Assembly: GCA_040752575.1 (NCBI GenBank)
Contig: JBFMGK010000038.1
Span: 1-48,818 of the forward strand
Direction: 5' to 3'
Length of the DNA: 48,818 bases
DNA from: Candidatus Bipolaricaulota bacterium
GTDB lineage: Bacteria > Bipolaricaulota > Bipolaricaulia > UBA7950 > UBA9294
Part shown: piece after piece, positions 29,731-40,401 of the stretch
How positions within the stretch are numbered: the first letter of the stretch is position 1
Layout: each line of letters opens with the position of its first letter
Translations under genes and position numbers: made by a program
The notes under the pieces: generated by a model
What the model was told of the DNA's origin: nothing
What the model saw: only the letters and a program-made list of their open reading frames with translations
The model's database searches: none

Positions 29731-30554
29731 GCGGCGCCGGGGCGTGGACGACGTTCTGGCGCACGGTGCGCGGCCGGGCTTACCCGCGGGTCATTGGGGC
29801 GCAGCGGGAGAAGAGCTGGGTGTTCTTCGAGATCTTCCTGCCGCTCCTGCAGGTGACCGCGTACGTGTACATCTACCGCGCGATTCAAGCTCCGGCCGAG
29901 TTCGTCGGCTTTGTCGTCTTGGGCGGGGCGATGACCGCCTACTGGCAGAACGTCCTGTGGAGCATGGCGAGCCAGCTCTACTGGGAGAAGGAGACGGGAA
30001 ACCTCGAGCTGTACATCGTGGCTCCGACGTCGAGGATGGCCATCCTCCTCGGGATGGCCCTTGGCGGGATGTTCGCGACGACCTTGCGCGCTGCGGCGGT
30101 GATCACGATCGGATCTCTCCTATTCCGCGTCTCGATGACCGTGACGAACGTTCCCGTGTTGTTGGGGGTCTTCGTGACGACGCTCGTCGCGCTCTACGGG
30201 CTAGGAATGCTTCTCTCGTCGATGTTTCTGCTGTTCGGGCGCGAGGCTTGGCACTTCTCGAACCTCCTTCAGGAGCCTGTGTCGCTTGTGTCGGGGTTCT
30301 ACTTCCCGGTGCGCGCTCTGGGACGGGTGGTCGCGGCGGCTGCCTCGATTCTTCCCATCACTCTGGGGCTCGACGCGATGCGCCAGCTCCTGTTCCCGGC
30401 GATGATGGCGAACCTGCGTTTCCTGTCGGCCGAGGCGGAACTCGCCATCCTCACGGTGGCTGCCGTGGTCTTCCTCGTCTTGGCCCGTCAAGGTCTCGCC
30501 ACATTCGAGGCTCTGGCGCGCCGCGAGGGCCGACTCAGCGTGAGGGGGCAGTGA
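29727..30554 (+). CDS. ABC-2 type exporter permease
   Basis: ATGA overlap with the ATPase; EKETGNLE, SGFYFPV..L and LPIT..LDAMR; about 6 TM segments. Confidence 0.88.
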   Translation: MSGAGAWTTFWRTVRGRAYPRVIGAQREKSWVFFEIFLPLLQVTAYVYIYRAIQAPAEFVGFVVLGGAMTAYWQNVLWSMASQLYWEKETGNLELYIVAPTSRMAILLGMALGGMFATTLRAAAVITIGSLLFRVSMTVTNVPVLLGVFVTTLVALYGLGMLLSSMFLLFGREAWHFSNLLQEPVSLVSGFYFPVRALGRVVAAAASILPITLGLDAMRQLLFPAMMANLRFLSAEAELAILTVAAVVFLVLARQGLATFEALARREGRLSVRGQ

Positions 30555-31414
30555 TGTCGAGAAACTCTCAAGGCCGAGGTGAGGCTTGGCGGAGTTTTCG
30601 GACGGCGACCTGGCTTGGCTGGCAGATCGAGTCGAACTGGGCTGACCCGTTCGTGTTCGCCGTCTACTCGCTGGTGAAGCCTCTTGCCGGCGCCATGATC
30701 CTTGTGTTCATGTATGCCGTCATCGCCAAGGACGGTCTCGCCAGCCCGCTGTTCCCGGCGGTCTTCGTCGGGAACGCTGTCTACCTCTACGTGCCGTCCG
30801 TGCTCTCGGGGATCAGCTGGACGATCATCGACGATCGCGAGCACTACGGAATGCTGAAGTACGTCTATACGGCGCCGGTCAGCGTCTTCGCCTACCTGAC
30901 GGGTCGCGGCGTTGCCAAGGCGGCCACGGCCTCGGTCGCGGTTGTCGTGATGCTCACCGTCGGTGCCCTCGCGCTCAGGCTGCCGATCCGCCTGGCGTCG
31001 ATCGACTGGGGATTGCTTGCGGCTTCGCTCTTGGCCGGGTCGGCCATGCTCGCCTTCTTCGGGATCCTCCTCGGGGGCGTGACGCTCATCACCGCGCGGC
31101 ACAACTACGGCGTCGGCGAAGCGGTGGCCGGCGGTCTCTACTTGCTCTGCGGCGTCGTTTTCCCGCTGGACACGCTCCCGCACTGGCTCGCCGCCGTCGG
31201 GAGGGTGATTCCCATCACGTACTGGCTCGACGCGATGCGGCGCGCCGTCCTCGGCGAGGGCACGGCAGTCCTCTCTGGGCTCTCGAACGGTCTGCTCGTC
31301 TCCGTCGTCGTAGGTTCGACGGCCGTCCTCGCCGGCCTGTCGATTCTAGCTTTCCGACTAGCCGAGCGGCGCGCTCGCGCGCGTGGTCTGCTCGACATGC
31401 AGACGATGTACTAG
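30554..31414 (+). CDS. ABC-2 type exporter permease
   Basis: TGATG overlap; DDREHYGML, CGVVFPL..LP.WL and PITYWLDAMRR. Confidence 0.88.
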   Translation: MSRNSQGRGEAWRSFRTATWLGWQIESNWADPFVFAVYSLVKPLAGAMILVFMYAVIAKDGLASPLFPAVFVGNAVYLYVPSVLSGISWTIIDDREHYGMLKYVYTAPVSVFAYLTGRGVAKAATASVAVVVMLTVGALALRLPIRLASIDWGLLAASLLAGSAMLAFFGILLGGVTLITARHNYGVGEAVAGGLYLLCGVVFPLDTLPHWLAAVGRVIPITYWLDAMRRAVLGEGTAVLSGLSNGLLVSVVVGSTAVLAGLSILAFRLAERRARARGLLDMQTMY

Positions 31415-31420
31415 ACGAGA

Positions 31421-32077
31421 TTACGGCACGTAGTCGAGGAACGCCGAGGCCATGGGCAGCACCAACAGGTGGCTGGTTACGCGTCCGATCGGATGGTCGA
31501 GCGCATCCACTTCGGCGAACACGGGCTGAAGTGTCAGCTGCGCGCGCAGGGTTCCCCGTTCGACCAGGCGGACGTCGGCGCCCACGTTGAGCGAGGGCAG
31601 ATCGGCGAGCGGCAAGACGTCCCAATGCTCGGGCTCCGTCTCGGCCACCGTGATCACAGGCAGACACGCTCCTCCGAGGACATCGAGTCCAGCCGCCAAC
31701 GTGCCCCGGGCGTCGACCCGCGCAAACGCTTCGAACAGCGGAGATGAGAGCGTCGACGCGCCCTCGAAGGGCCACAACACCGTGAGGCCGCCTCCGGTGG
31801 CGAACGATGGCGTGAGACTCCGCGAATACGAGAGCGTCGTGCCCAAAGCCGAGGGCTTGGAGTCGATCATCGCGAGGAACTCCAGCCGATCGACGCCCGA
31901 CGCGGAGAGGAAGACCCCGAAGCCAAACGAGAGCGACAGGTCCCACGGACGCTTGCCGTCCGGCGCTTCGACGGCGGGAATGAGGTGGAAGCCGAGGGAG
32001 ATGGATCCAAGGCGAAGCGCGACGGCCGGGATGGCGACAACAGAGACGAGGATCAACGCAACAAGGGCTCTCTTCAT
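31421..32077 (-). CDS. Secreted hypothetical protein, possible small outer-membrane beta-barrel
   Basis: RBS GGGGGAG; signal peptide; alternating amphipathic strands. Confidence 0.6.
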   Translation of the reverse strand: MKRALVALILVSVVAIPAVALRLGSISLGFHLIPAVEAPDGKRPWDLSLSFGFGVFLSASGVDRLEFLAMIDSKPSALGTTLSYSRSLTPSFATGGGLTVLWPFEGASTLSSPLFEAFARVDARGTLAAGLDVLGGACLPVITVAETEPEHWDVLPLADLPSLNVGADVRLVERGTLRAQLTLQPVFAEVDALDHPIGRVTSHLLVLPMASAFLDYVP

Positions 32078-32211
32078 GTCTCCCCCTTCATCAGGACTTG
32101 CGGCGCGATGCCGCTCCCCACTCTACGGCGCGTGCCGCGCCGGATGGAGACAAGCAGCGGGTCTCTGGAGCAGACAGCAGTCTCAGATCCTTAGCGGACA
32201 GCGGCGTCGAC

Positions 32212-32844
32212 CTACTCGACCTCCTGAACGAGCAGGTTGTCGAACGTCATCACGGCGGGCGTCGACGCGTCATAGGAGATCACGACGGCGCCCACGCGGC
32301 CGGATGCGAACGAGGAGTCCGTGATCATGGCGAGTTCGGTTCCGTTGACGAGGAACCTATACGTCGTGCCGCGGCACACGACGGTGAGGTGGTTGCGAGC
32401 CACTCCCTGCACGATTGCGGGGGAACCTGTGTAGTTCAGGATCCTTGTCACGGTGCCGGAGACCAGCTTCTGCACGCTGAACGTCCCCGAGGGGGCGATG
32501 ACGAAGGCGATGAAGCTCTTGCCATCTTGCACGCGGAGCGCAAGCCCGCCGGCGGAGTTGCCCGGAACGCCTTGGACATGGTCGACGTCCAGGTCAACCT
32601 GGACGTCGCCGAACGGCCCTTCAACCTGGTTGTAGCCCACGCTGATCACGGCGGCCTTGGCAGCGACGTGGTACAACCCGTCCGCAATCCATTTCTCCGA
32701 CGTTTCGCTGCTTCCGAGGATCCACGCGGTGTTCTGTGCGGTGAAGGTTTCTTCGTAGAGAACGCTATCCGACAGGAAAAGGAGCATGCAGCCCGAGAGC
32801 CCCAACAGCACGACCGCCAGGCCGAATCTTGCCAAGCGCTTCAT
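32212..32844 (-). CDS. Lipoprotein with ConA-like/DUF1080-like beta-sandwich
   Basis: RBS GGAGGT; lipobox LSGC; NHLTVVC.G..Y.F.VNG..L..ITD.SF.SGRVG...FDNL.V motif. Confidence 0.7.
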   Translation of the reverse strand: MKRLARFGLAVVLLGLSGCMLLFLSDSVLYEETFTAQNTAWILGSSETSEKWIADGLYHVAAKAAVISVGYNQVEGPFGDVQVDLDVDHVQGVPGNSAGGLALRVQDGKSFIAFVIAPSGTFSVQKLVSGTVTRILNYTGSPAIVQGVARNHLTVVCRGTTYRFLVNGTELAMITDSSFASGRVGAVVISYDASTPAVMTFDNLLVQEVE

Positions 32845-32892
32845 GCGACCTCCGTTCGACGTGCGACATCATCGTCCGGCAGCGCGCGCCGG

Positions 32893-34113
32893 TCAACGGT
32901 GGGCGCGACGGCCGAAGAACGAGAGGACGAGGAGCGACGCGATCAGATAGCAGGCCATGGTAAGGCCGAACGCGGGGCCAAAGCCAGGACCCTCTTGCAG
33001 AAGGCCGCTCCACCACGAACTCAGCGCGCGGCTGCCCTGAGAACTCATGACCAACAGCGCGCTGGCCGTGGCTCGGTGTCGGGCGTCGACCTCTTCCATG
33101 GCAAACGCCGAGTACAAGGGGTGTCCCATGTTCATGAGCCCTGCCCGCGCGAGGAAGGCAACGACGACGACGGGGTAGATCGGGACGAAGCCGAGAACGG
33201 CAAGGAACGGAATCGATGCGATCTGCGTGAAGACCAGCGCGCGGATTCGTCCGAGCCGCGAGGCCAAGCGGGGACCGAGAAGCGTCGCCGTCCCCATCGC
33301 AATGGCCTGCAGCGCGAAGAGCACACCGAGGGTTCCGTCGGAGAGCGTGAAGCGGGTCTTGAGGAAGACGTTTAGGAAAGGAACGACAGCGCCGGCGCCG
33401 ATCCCGATGACGGCCTGCGGGACGAAGAGCCTGGCCAGGGCGCGCTTTGGAAGGCGCTGCCCGCGATGAGGCGATCTGCTCGACGCGATCGGGGGAGAGG
33501 GCGGGCGAACGCGGGCGAGCGGCACGACCGACGCTGCGAGGAGCGCGGCGCTGAGTGCGAGGGTGCCTCGGTACGCGGCCGAGGACTCGGCCCCGACCCG
33601 GAAAGCCCCGGCGAACGCCGCGGGCAAGGCACCGGCAACCAGGGACCCGAAGAAACTGGCGAACAGGCGGACGGCGAACTGCGTACTGAACAGGCGAGTT
33701 CGCCAGCGCTCGTCGCTGATTTCGGCGACCAGCGGCGCGTGGCAGACGTCGAGAAGCGTCTGGCCGACGCCCAAGAGTAGGGCGAAGCCGAACAGCCCAA
33801 GGGACGTAGGGAACGCTGCGAGGCCGACGATGGCTGCGGCATAGGCTGCGACTCCCGCCAGAAGTGCCCGCCGGTAACCGAGTCGGCGACCGAGGGCTCC
33901 CGCGGGTAGGGCCAGGCTACAGACCACGAGAAGAGGGATCGCCAGGAGGGCGCCGAGCGTCGAGCGGCTGGTTCCCAGCGAGAGGACGTAGAGGTTGTAG
34001 AACAGGCCGAACACCCCGAACGCGAGTCCGGAGAGGAAGGTGTACGCCAAGTACCAACGGGCGCCGGAGCCGAAGAGCCCGGCGGCGGTGACATGGCGGC
34101 TGACCCGTAACAT
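32893..34113 (-). CDS. MFS transporter
   Basis: About 12 TM segments; motif-A-like G.LGRRLGYRR and LASRLGR. Start trimmed to 34113. Confidence 0.88.
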   Translation of the reverse strand: MLRVSRHVTAAGLFGSGARWYLAYTFLSGLAFGVFGLFYNLYVLSLGTSRSTLGALLAIPLLVVCSLALPAGALGRRLGYRRALLAGVAAYAAAIVGLAAFPTSLGLFGFALLLGVGQTLLDVCHAPLVAEISDERWRTRLFSTQFAVRLFASFFGSLVAGALPAAFAGAFRVGAESSAAYRGTLALSAALLAASVVPLARVRPPSPPIASSRSPHRGQRLPKRALARLFVPQAVIGIGAGAVVPFLNVFLKTRFTLSDGTLGVLFALQAIAMGTATLLGPRLASRLGRIRALVFTQIASIPFLAVLGFVPIYPVVVVAFLARAGLMNMGHPLYSAFAMEEVDARHRATASALLVMSSQGSRALSSWWSGLLQEGPGFGPAFGLTMACYLIASLLVLSFFGRRAHR

Positions 34114-34203
34114 AGGGGGCGAGTGTACGGAGAGCCTGAAGAACTCGCGAGGACGCGTCGCGCCGCGGGCAAGCGGCGGATACGCTTGGGGGTGGGAGGC
34201 TGT

Positions 34204-34605
34204 ATGGAGATGAAGATCTCGTTTGCTGGGGGCCAACGCATCGACGCCGGCTTTGACGGGTTCACGGTGCGAACAGACCAGCCCACGACGGCCGGGGGAG
34301 GGGGCACGGCGCCTTCTCCGTTCGACCTCTTCCTGGCGTCTGTCGGGACGTGCACGGCGTACTACGTTCTCCGTTTCTGCCAGACGCGCGGCTTGCCGAC
34401 CGACGACGTCCACGTGACGCTGCGAGCGACGCGTGACGAGGCGGCGCACCGCGTTACGCGGATGGACGTACAGGTTGATCTTCCGCAGAACTTCCCGGCG
34501 GAGCTCGTCGCGGCGTGCGCGCGCGCCGCCGAGAGCTGCGCGGTGAAGCGACATCTTGAGACCCCGCCGGCGATCGTCGTCTCCGCATCCCGACGGAGCG
34601 CGTGA
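34204..34605 (+). CDS. OsmC-family protein
   Basis: RBS GGGAGG; TDQP...GG.G.APSPFDLFLAS..TC...CAVK. Confidence 0.9.
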   Translation: MEMKISFAGGQRIDAGFDGFTVRTDQPTTAGGGGTAPSPFDLFLASVGTCTAYYVLRFCQTRGLPTDDVHVTLRATRDEAAHRVTRMDVQVDLPQNFPAELVAACARAAESCAVKRHLETPPAIVVSASRRSA

Positions 34606-34675
34606 TCCACGGCGGGTGGATTGGTCGACGTCTAGACGTTGAGTACGATGTCGGCGCGGGAGGAGCGAGAAGCGG

Positions 34676-35098
34676 ATGTACCCACGTCGATGGGGGCGGT
34701 GGACCCTCTTGGTTCTCGTCTTGATCACTGCGTCGGGGTGCGGCCCTCACAAAGAGGCGCCGAAGTACATCTTCGGCGTGGCCAGTGTCGACTCTCTGCT
34801 CGTCGAAGTCGCTGACGACCAGGGCGTTCGGGTCAGTATCGTGATCAAAGGGACCCTACGCGATGGGTGCACGGAGATTGAGGCCGTCAAGCAGGCGGTG
34901 GAGGACCGCGTGATCACCCTAACCGTGGCGACGCGCCGTCCGCTGGACGCGGTGTGCGAACCGGGCGAGGTCCCCTTCACGCAGATCGTCCCGCTGTCCT
35001 CCTTGCGCACCTTGCGGACGGGGGACTACACGTTGGTCGCGGGCGACGCTACGACGCTCCTGCGCTTCGAGCGCGGCGGGGTCGCACCGCATATCTGA
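34676..35098 (+). CDS. Small lipoprotein, hypothetical
   Basis: RBS GGAGGAG; lipobox ASGC; G.L.DGC...C pair in an Ig-like beta domain. Confidence 0.7.
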   Translation: MYPRRWGRWTLLVLVLITASGCGPHKEAPKYIFGVASVDSLLVEVADDQGVRVSIVIKGTLRDGCTEIEAVKQAVEDRVITLTVATRRPLDAVCEPGEVPFTQIVPLSSLRTLRTGDYTLVAGDATTLLRFERGGVAPHI

Positions 35099-35113
35099 GC
35101 CAAGGGGGACGAC

Positions 35114-35794
35114 GTGGGCAGACCTCTGCTGTTGCAGGATGAGATGACCCGCGCCTGCGTCCAGCCTGTGGTCGTCTGGGCGAACCGCGTCTCCACCGAT
35201 CGCCGCGTCGATGGGCTCGACGAGCTCGTCTTGCGGTGTGCGGCCCAGGGGCAGAACTTCATCCCGACGGCGACGCGCGACGCGGTGCGGCAGATGCTCC
35301 GCCACGGTCGCTACAAGCCGAGCGGCCGGGGCAAGCCGGCGAGCGAGTTCCTGCTTCAGGCGGCGCTGAATGGGGTCTTCCCGAAGGTGAACGGTCCGGT
35401 CGACGTCAACAACGCGGTCAGCCTGGAGGCAGGACTCCCGGCGTCGATCTTCGACGCCGACGTCGCGGGCGACCGGCTGTTCGTGCGCCGCGGGCTTCCG
35501 GGGGAGAGCTACGTTTTCAACCCGTCAGGGCAATCCATCGACCTCGAAGACCTGCTCGTCGTGTGTCGCTGGATGGCCGGCAGGTGGGCACCGTGCGGGA
35601 ATCCGGTCAAAGACGCCATGGAGACCAAGATCCGCCCGGAGACCGGCCGCGTCGTCGCTGTGCTGTATGTTCCCAGAGTCCTTGGAGACGAGATCGCGGC
35701 TTGTTGGGGCGCGAGGTTCCGTGACGTGCTCGCCGAGACGTGCGCTGCCGAGGACTCCGGATTCGCCCTGGCCAGTGAGGCTGGCGGCGACTGA
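35114..35794 (+). CDS. B3/B4 domain protein (PheT-related tRNA-editing-like)
   Basis: YKPSGRGKPASEFL, VDVNN.VSL..GLP.SIFDAD and RRG..GESY motifs. Confidence 0.82.
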   Translation: MGRPLLLQDEMTRACVQPVVVWANRVSTDRRVDGLDELVLRCAAQGQNFIPTATRDAVRQMLRHGRYKPSGRGKPASEFLLQAALNGVFPKVNGPVDVNNAVSLEAGLPASIFDADVAGDRLFVRRGLPGESYVFNPSGQSIDLEDLLVVCRWMAGRWAPCGNPVKDAMETKIRPETGRVVAVLYVPRVLGDEIAACWGARFRDVLAETCAAEDSGFALASEAGGD

Positions 35795-35946
35795 GCCGTT
35801 CCGGGGGGCTCAGCCTGCAGGTGTTCGTTGCAGACGCGACGCGCGCCAGGCAGGAAAGAGACGGCGTTGTCCTTGAAGCGGCGCCGACGAGAACTACACT
35901 CCCACGCGGGAGGGTACGAGGCGGTTACCCTGGCGGGGAGGTCGTC

Positions 35947-37332
35947 GTGAAGCACAGGGTGCGGTCATGGTGGGTGGAAGGCGAACCGTGGTTCCTCGCG
36001 GTGGGCCTCGCCAACCTCGTGCTGGGCACGTCATCTGTCCTCGTTCCGTTGGCGTTGCGCGCCGTGCTGGGGCGGTCGGTCGACTCGCTGGGCGTGTTGT
36101 CGAGCCTTGTCAGCGTCATGGGCGTCGCGGGCAGTCTGGTCTGGGGAAAGCTGTCGGATGTCGCGAACCGGCGCAAGCCCTTCGTGTTGCTCAGCTACAC
36201 CGCCGTCGCGATTCTGCTGGGGCTCATGGGCTTTGCCCGATCGTTCGAGCAGCTCGTCGTCCTGAACATGGCGCTCAACTTCTTCTGGGTCGCCAACGCG
36301 TCCGTGACGGTGCTCATCGTGATCGAGAACAAGGCCGAGGGAACCTGGGAGAAGAAGATCGGGCACATGAACCAGATCGGCGCGCTGGGTTGGGTGTTCG
36401 GCCTGCTCGTCGGCAGCGGGGCGCTTGCCGTCGCGGGACGGCTCGCCAGCGAGGCGACGGCCATTCGCTCGACGTTCGTCCTGCTCGGCGTTCTGGGCCT
36501 TGTCGCGGCGCTCCTCGCAGCGAAGACGATCCCCGCCGGTGCGGCGAGGTTCTTCGACCGCGCGTTTCGAGGTGCCGCCGTGTCGCTCGGCAACTTTCTC
36601 GTCGAGTTCGTCCGATACGGGCCGCTGCACCTGTACTACCGGCTTCCAGTGGCCGGTTTCGTTCGGTATGTGCTCAAGATGCGCGCCCCCCGCGGGCTGC
36701 GGACCGGAACGAAACGCTTCCTTCTCGCGACGTTGCTTGCGTTCATCGGCCTCGGGATGTTCGGCATTCCCCTGCCGCTGCTCCTCGCGGAGCGGTTCGG
36801 CATTCCATCGAGTTCTGTCTTCCTATACTTCGCTGTGCAGAATGCGGCGGTGGTCGTGGCGTACCCGCTCGCGACGCGGCGGATCCATCGGACGGGCAAC
36901 CTCCGGGTCCAGCGTGCCGCGTTGGCCGTCCGGCTCGTCCTGTTCGCTGGCGCGGCGGTTGCCCTCTCCCTGACCCGCGTCGTCCCGCCGGCTCCGCTGC
37001 TTGTGGCGATCTTCGCGGCCTACGGCTTCACGTGGTCGTACTTCCAGCTCTCCGGGGTGGCGATCACCTCGCGGCTCGCTCGTCCCGAGAACCGGGGCCT
37101 TGCCCTCGGGGTGTACAACGGCCTCGCCGGCACGGGGTGGATTCTTGCCGGAGCCGGGAGCGGTTTCCTTGCGCGCTGGGCGGGTTACGAAGCGGCGTTC
37201 GGCGCCTCGGCCTTCTTCTTGCTTCTGACCCTGGTGGTCCTGCGTTTTGTCCCGGAACCGGGCAGCGAGGCGAAGGGAAGCTCGGAGAGCCGTGTCATGG
37301 GGACAGAGTCGGCACCCGCTCCGACAGCGTAG
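35947..37332 (+). CDS. MFS transporter
   Basis: WGKLSD...RRKPF motif A; about 12 TM segments; RGLALGVYN. Confidence 0.88.
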   Translation: MKHRVRSWWVEGEPWFLAVGLANLVLGTSSVLVPLALRAVLGRSVDSLGVLSSLVSVMGVAGSLVWGKLSDVANRRKPFVLLSYTAVAILLGLMGFARSFEQLVVLNMALNFFWVANASVTVLIVIENKAEGTWEKKIGHMNQIGALGWVFGLLVGSGALAVAGRLASEATAIRSTFVLLGVLGLVAALLAAKTIPAGAARFFDRAFRGAAVSLGNFLVEFVRYGPLHLYYRLPVAGFVRYVLKMRAPRGLRTGTKRFLLATLLAFIGLGMFGIPLPLLLAERFGIPSSSVFLYFAVQNAAVVVAYPLATRRIHRTGNLRVQRAALAVRLVLFAGAAVALSLTRVVPPAPLLVAIFAAYGFTWSYFQLSGVAITSRLARPENRGLALGVYNGLAGTGWILAGAGSGFLARWAGYEAAFGASAFFLLLTLVVLRFVPEPGSEAKGSSESRVMGTESAPAPTA

Positions 37333-37382
37333 GATGGCGTTGCCGCTTCGCCAATCGTGGTCGATACGAGGAGGTCGACGAA

Positions 37383-37868
37383 GTGGAGAGGGACCTGTCG
37401 CGTGAGGCACGCTACGAACGGATCACCGAGCAGCTACGGGGCTTGCTGATCGCCACCCCAAGCCTCATGTCTGCGATGGCGACCGTCTGCTCGCTCCTGC
37501 ATGCCAAGATGCGCCACCACTCTTGGACCGGGTTCTATCTTGTCGCGGGAGACGAGCTGCACGTCGGTCCCTATCAGGGGCCGCTCGCCTGTCAGGTGCT
37601 CCGTGGCGGGGGCGTCTGTTGGGAAGCCGTCAAGATGCAGAAGTCGGTGATCGTGCCCGACGTGCAAAGCTTCCCCGGGCACATCGCGTGCGACGATCGG
37701 GCCAGAAGCGAAGTTGCGGTCCCGCTGATTCGAGACCGCGCCGTACTGGGCGTACTGGACGTCGATTCGCACGCGCCTGACCAGTTCGACGAGTCGGACG
37801 CGAGAGCCTTGGAGCGGATCGTCGCGCTCCTCGCCCTGCCGTCGGGGCTTCCGCGGATCGTCGCGTGA
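37383..37868 (+). CDS. GAF domain protein, free methionine-R-sulfoxide reductase-like
   Basis: RBS GAGGAGG; WTGFYL..L.VGPYQG..AC..GVC..VPDV..FPGHIACD...SE..VP..GVLDVDS. Confidence 0.9.
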   Translation: MERDLSREARYERITEQLRGLLIATPSLMSAMATVCSLLHAKMRHHSWTGFYLVAGDELHVGPYQGPLACQVLRGGGVCWEAVKMQKSVIVPDVQSFPGHIACDDRARSEVAVPLIRDRAVLGVLDVDSHAPDQFDESDARALERIVALLALPSGLPRIVA

Positions 37869-37899
37869 CCCGAGACCAGCGCTTGCCCCACAAAGGTGA

Positions 37900-37933
37900 T
37901 CCGGGAAGCGGGCGTCCTGTTCCGCTTCCCGGA
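37900..37933. terminator. GC hairpin downstream of GAF gene
   Basis: TCCGGGAAGCGG-N10-CCGCTTCCCGGA, a perfect 12-bp stem. Confidence 0.55.
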
Positions 37934-38057
37934 CTGCGGGCTGGGAGGTTGGGCTCTCATTCAGCCGTACAGCGATAACATTGCCCCCGAGGTGTGGAGA
38001 GCCCGTGAAGTCGCGATGGGGTTCCTCTGAGCCTCGAAAGCCGACGAGAGAAGAGCC

Positions 38058-38339
38058 GTGGAGAGCACACACAGACTCGTGGCACGGGCCTACGGACGCG
38101 TGCAGGGCGTAGGCTATCGCCTGTTCGCTGCCGGCGAAGCAAGGCGGCTGGGGCTCTGTGGGACGGTGCGGAATCTCCCGGACGGGAGCGTGGCGATCGT
38201 GGCCGAGGGGTCGAGAGCCTCGCTCGAGACGCTCGCGCAAGCCTTGCGCGACGGCCCCCCGCGCGCCGAGGTCGAGCGCGTCGACGCGGAGTGGTCGCCT
38301 TCCCGCGGCGAGTTCGCCGGCTTTCGAGTCCTTGGTTAG
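38058..38339 (+). CDS. acyP: Acylphosphatase
   Basis: GRVQGVGYR, G.VRN.PDGSV and GPP.A.V motifs. Confidence 0.95.
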   Translation: MESTHRLVARAYGRVQGVGYRLFAAGEARRLGLCGTVRNLPDGSVAIVAEGSRASLETLAQALRDGPPRAEVERVDAEWSPSRGEFAGFRVLG

Positions 38340-38406
38340 CGGGATCGGTTGGCGCAGGTGAGGCATTGAGTCGGAAGGTCAAGACCGGGTACCATCCATA
38401 CTCGGC

Positions 38407-40397
<1,991 letters not shown>

Positions 40398-40401
<4 letters not shown>

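Noticed and set aside
35967..37868. Apparent 633-aa GAF fusion
   Set aside because: Shadow frame of the MFS gene; the GAF gene starts at GTG 37383 after GAGGAGG.
38340..38406. SOS/LexA box upstream of uvrB
   Set aside because: No recognisable CTGT-N8-ACAG or GAAC-N4-GTTC dyad seen.
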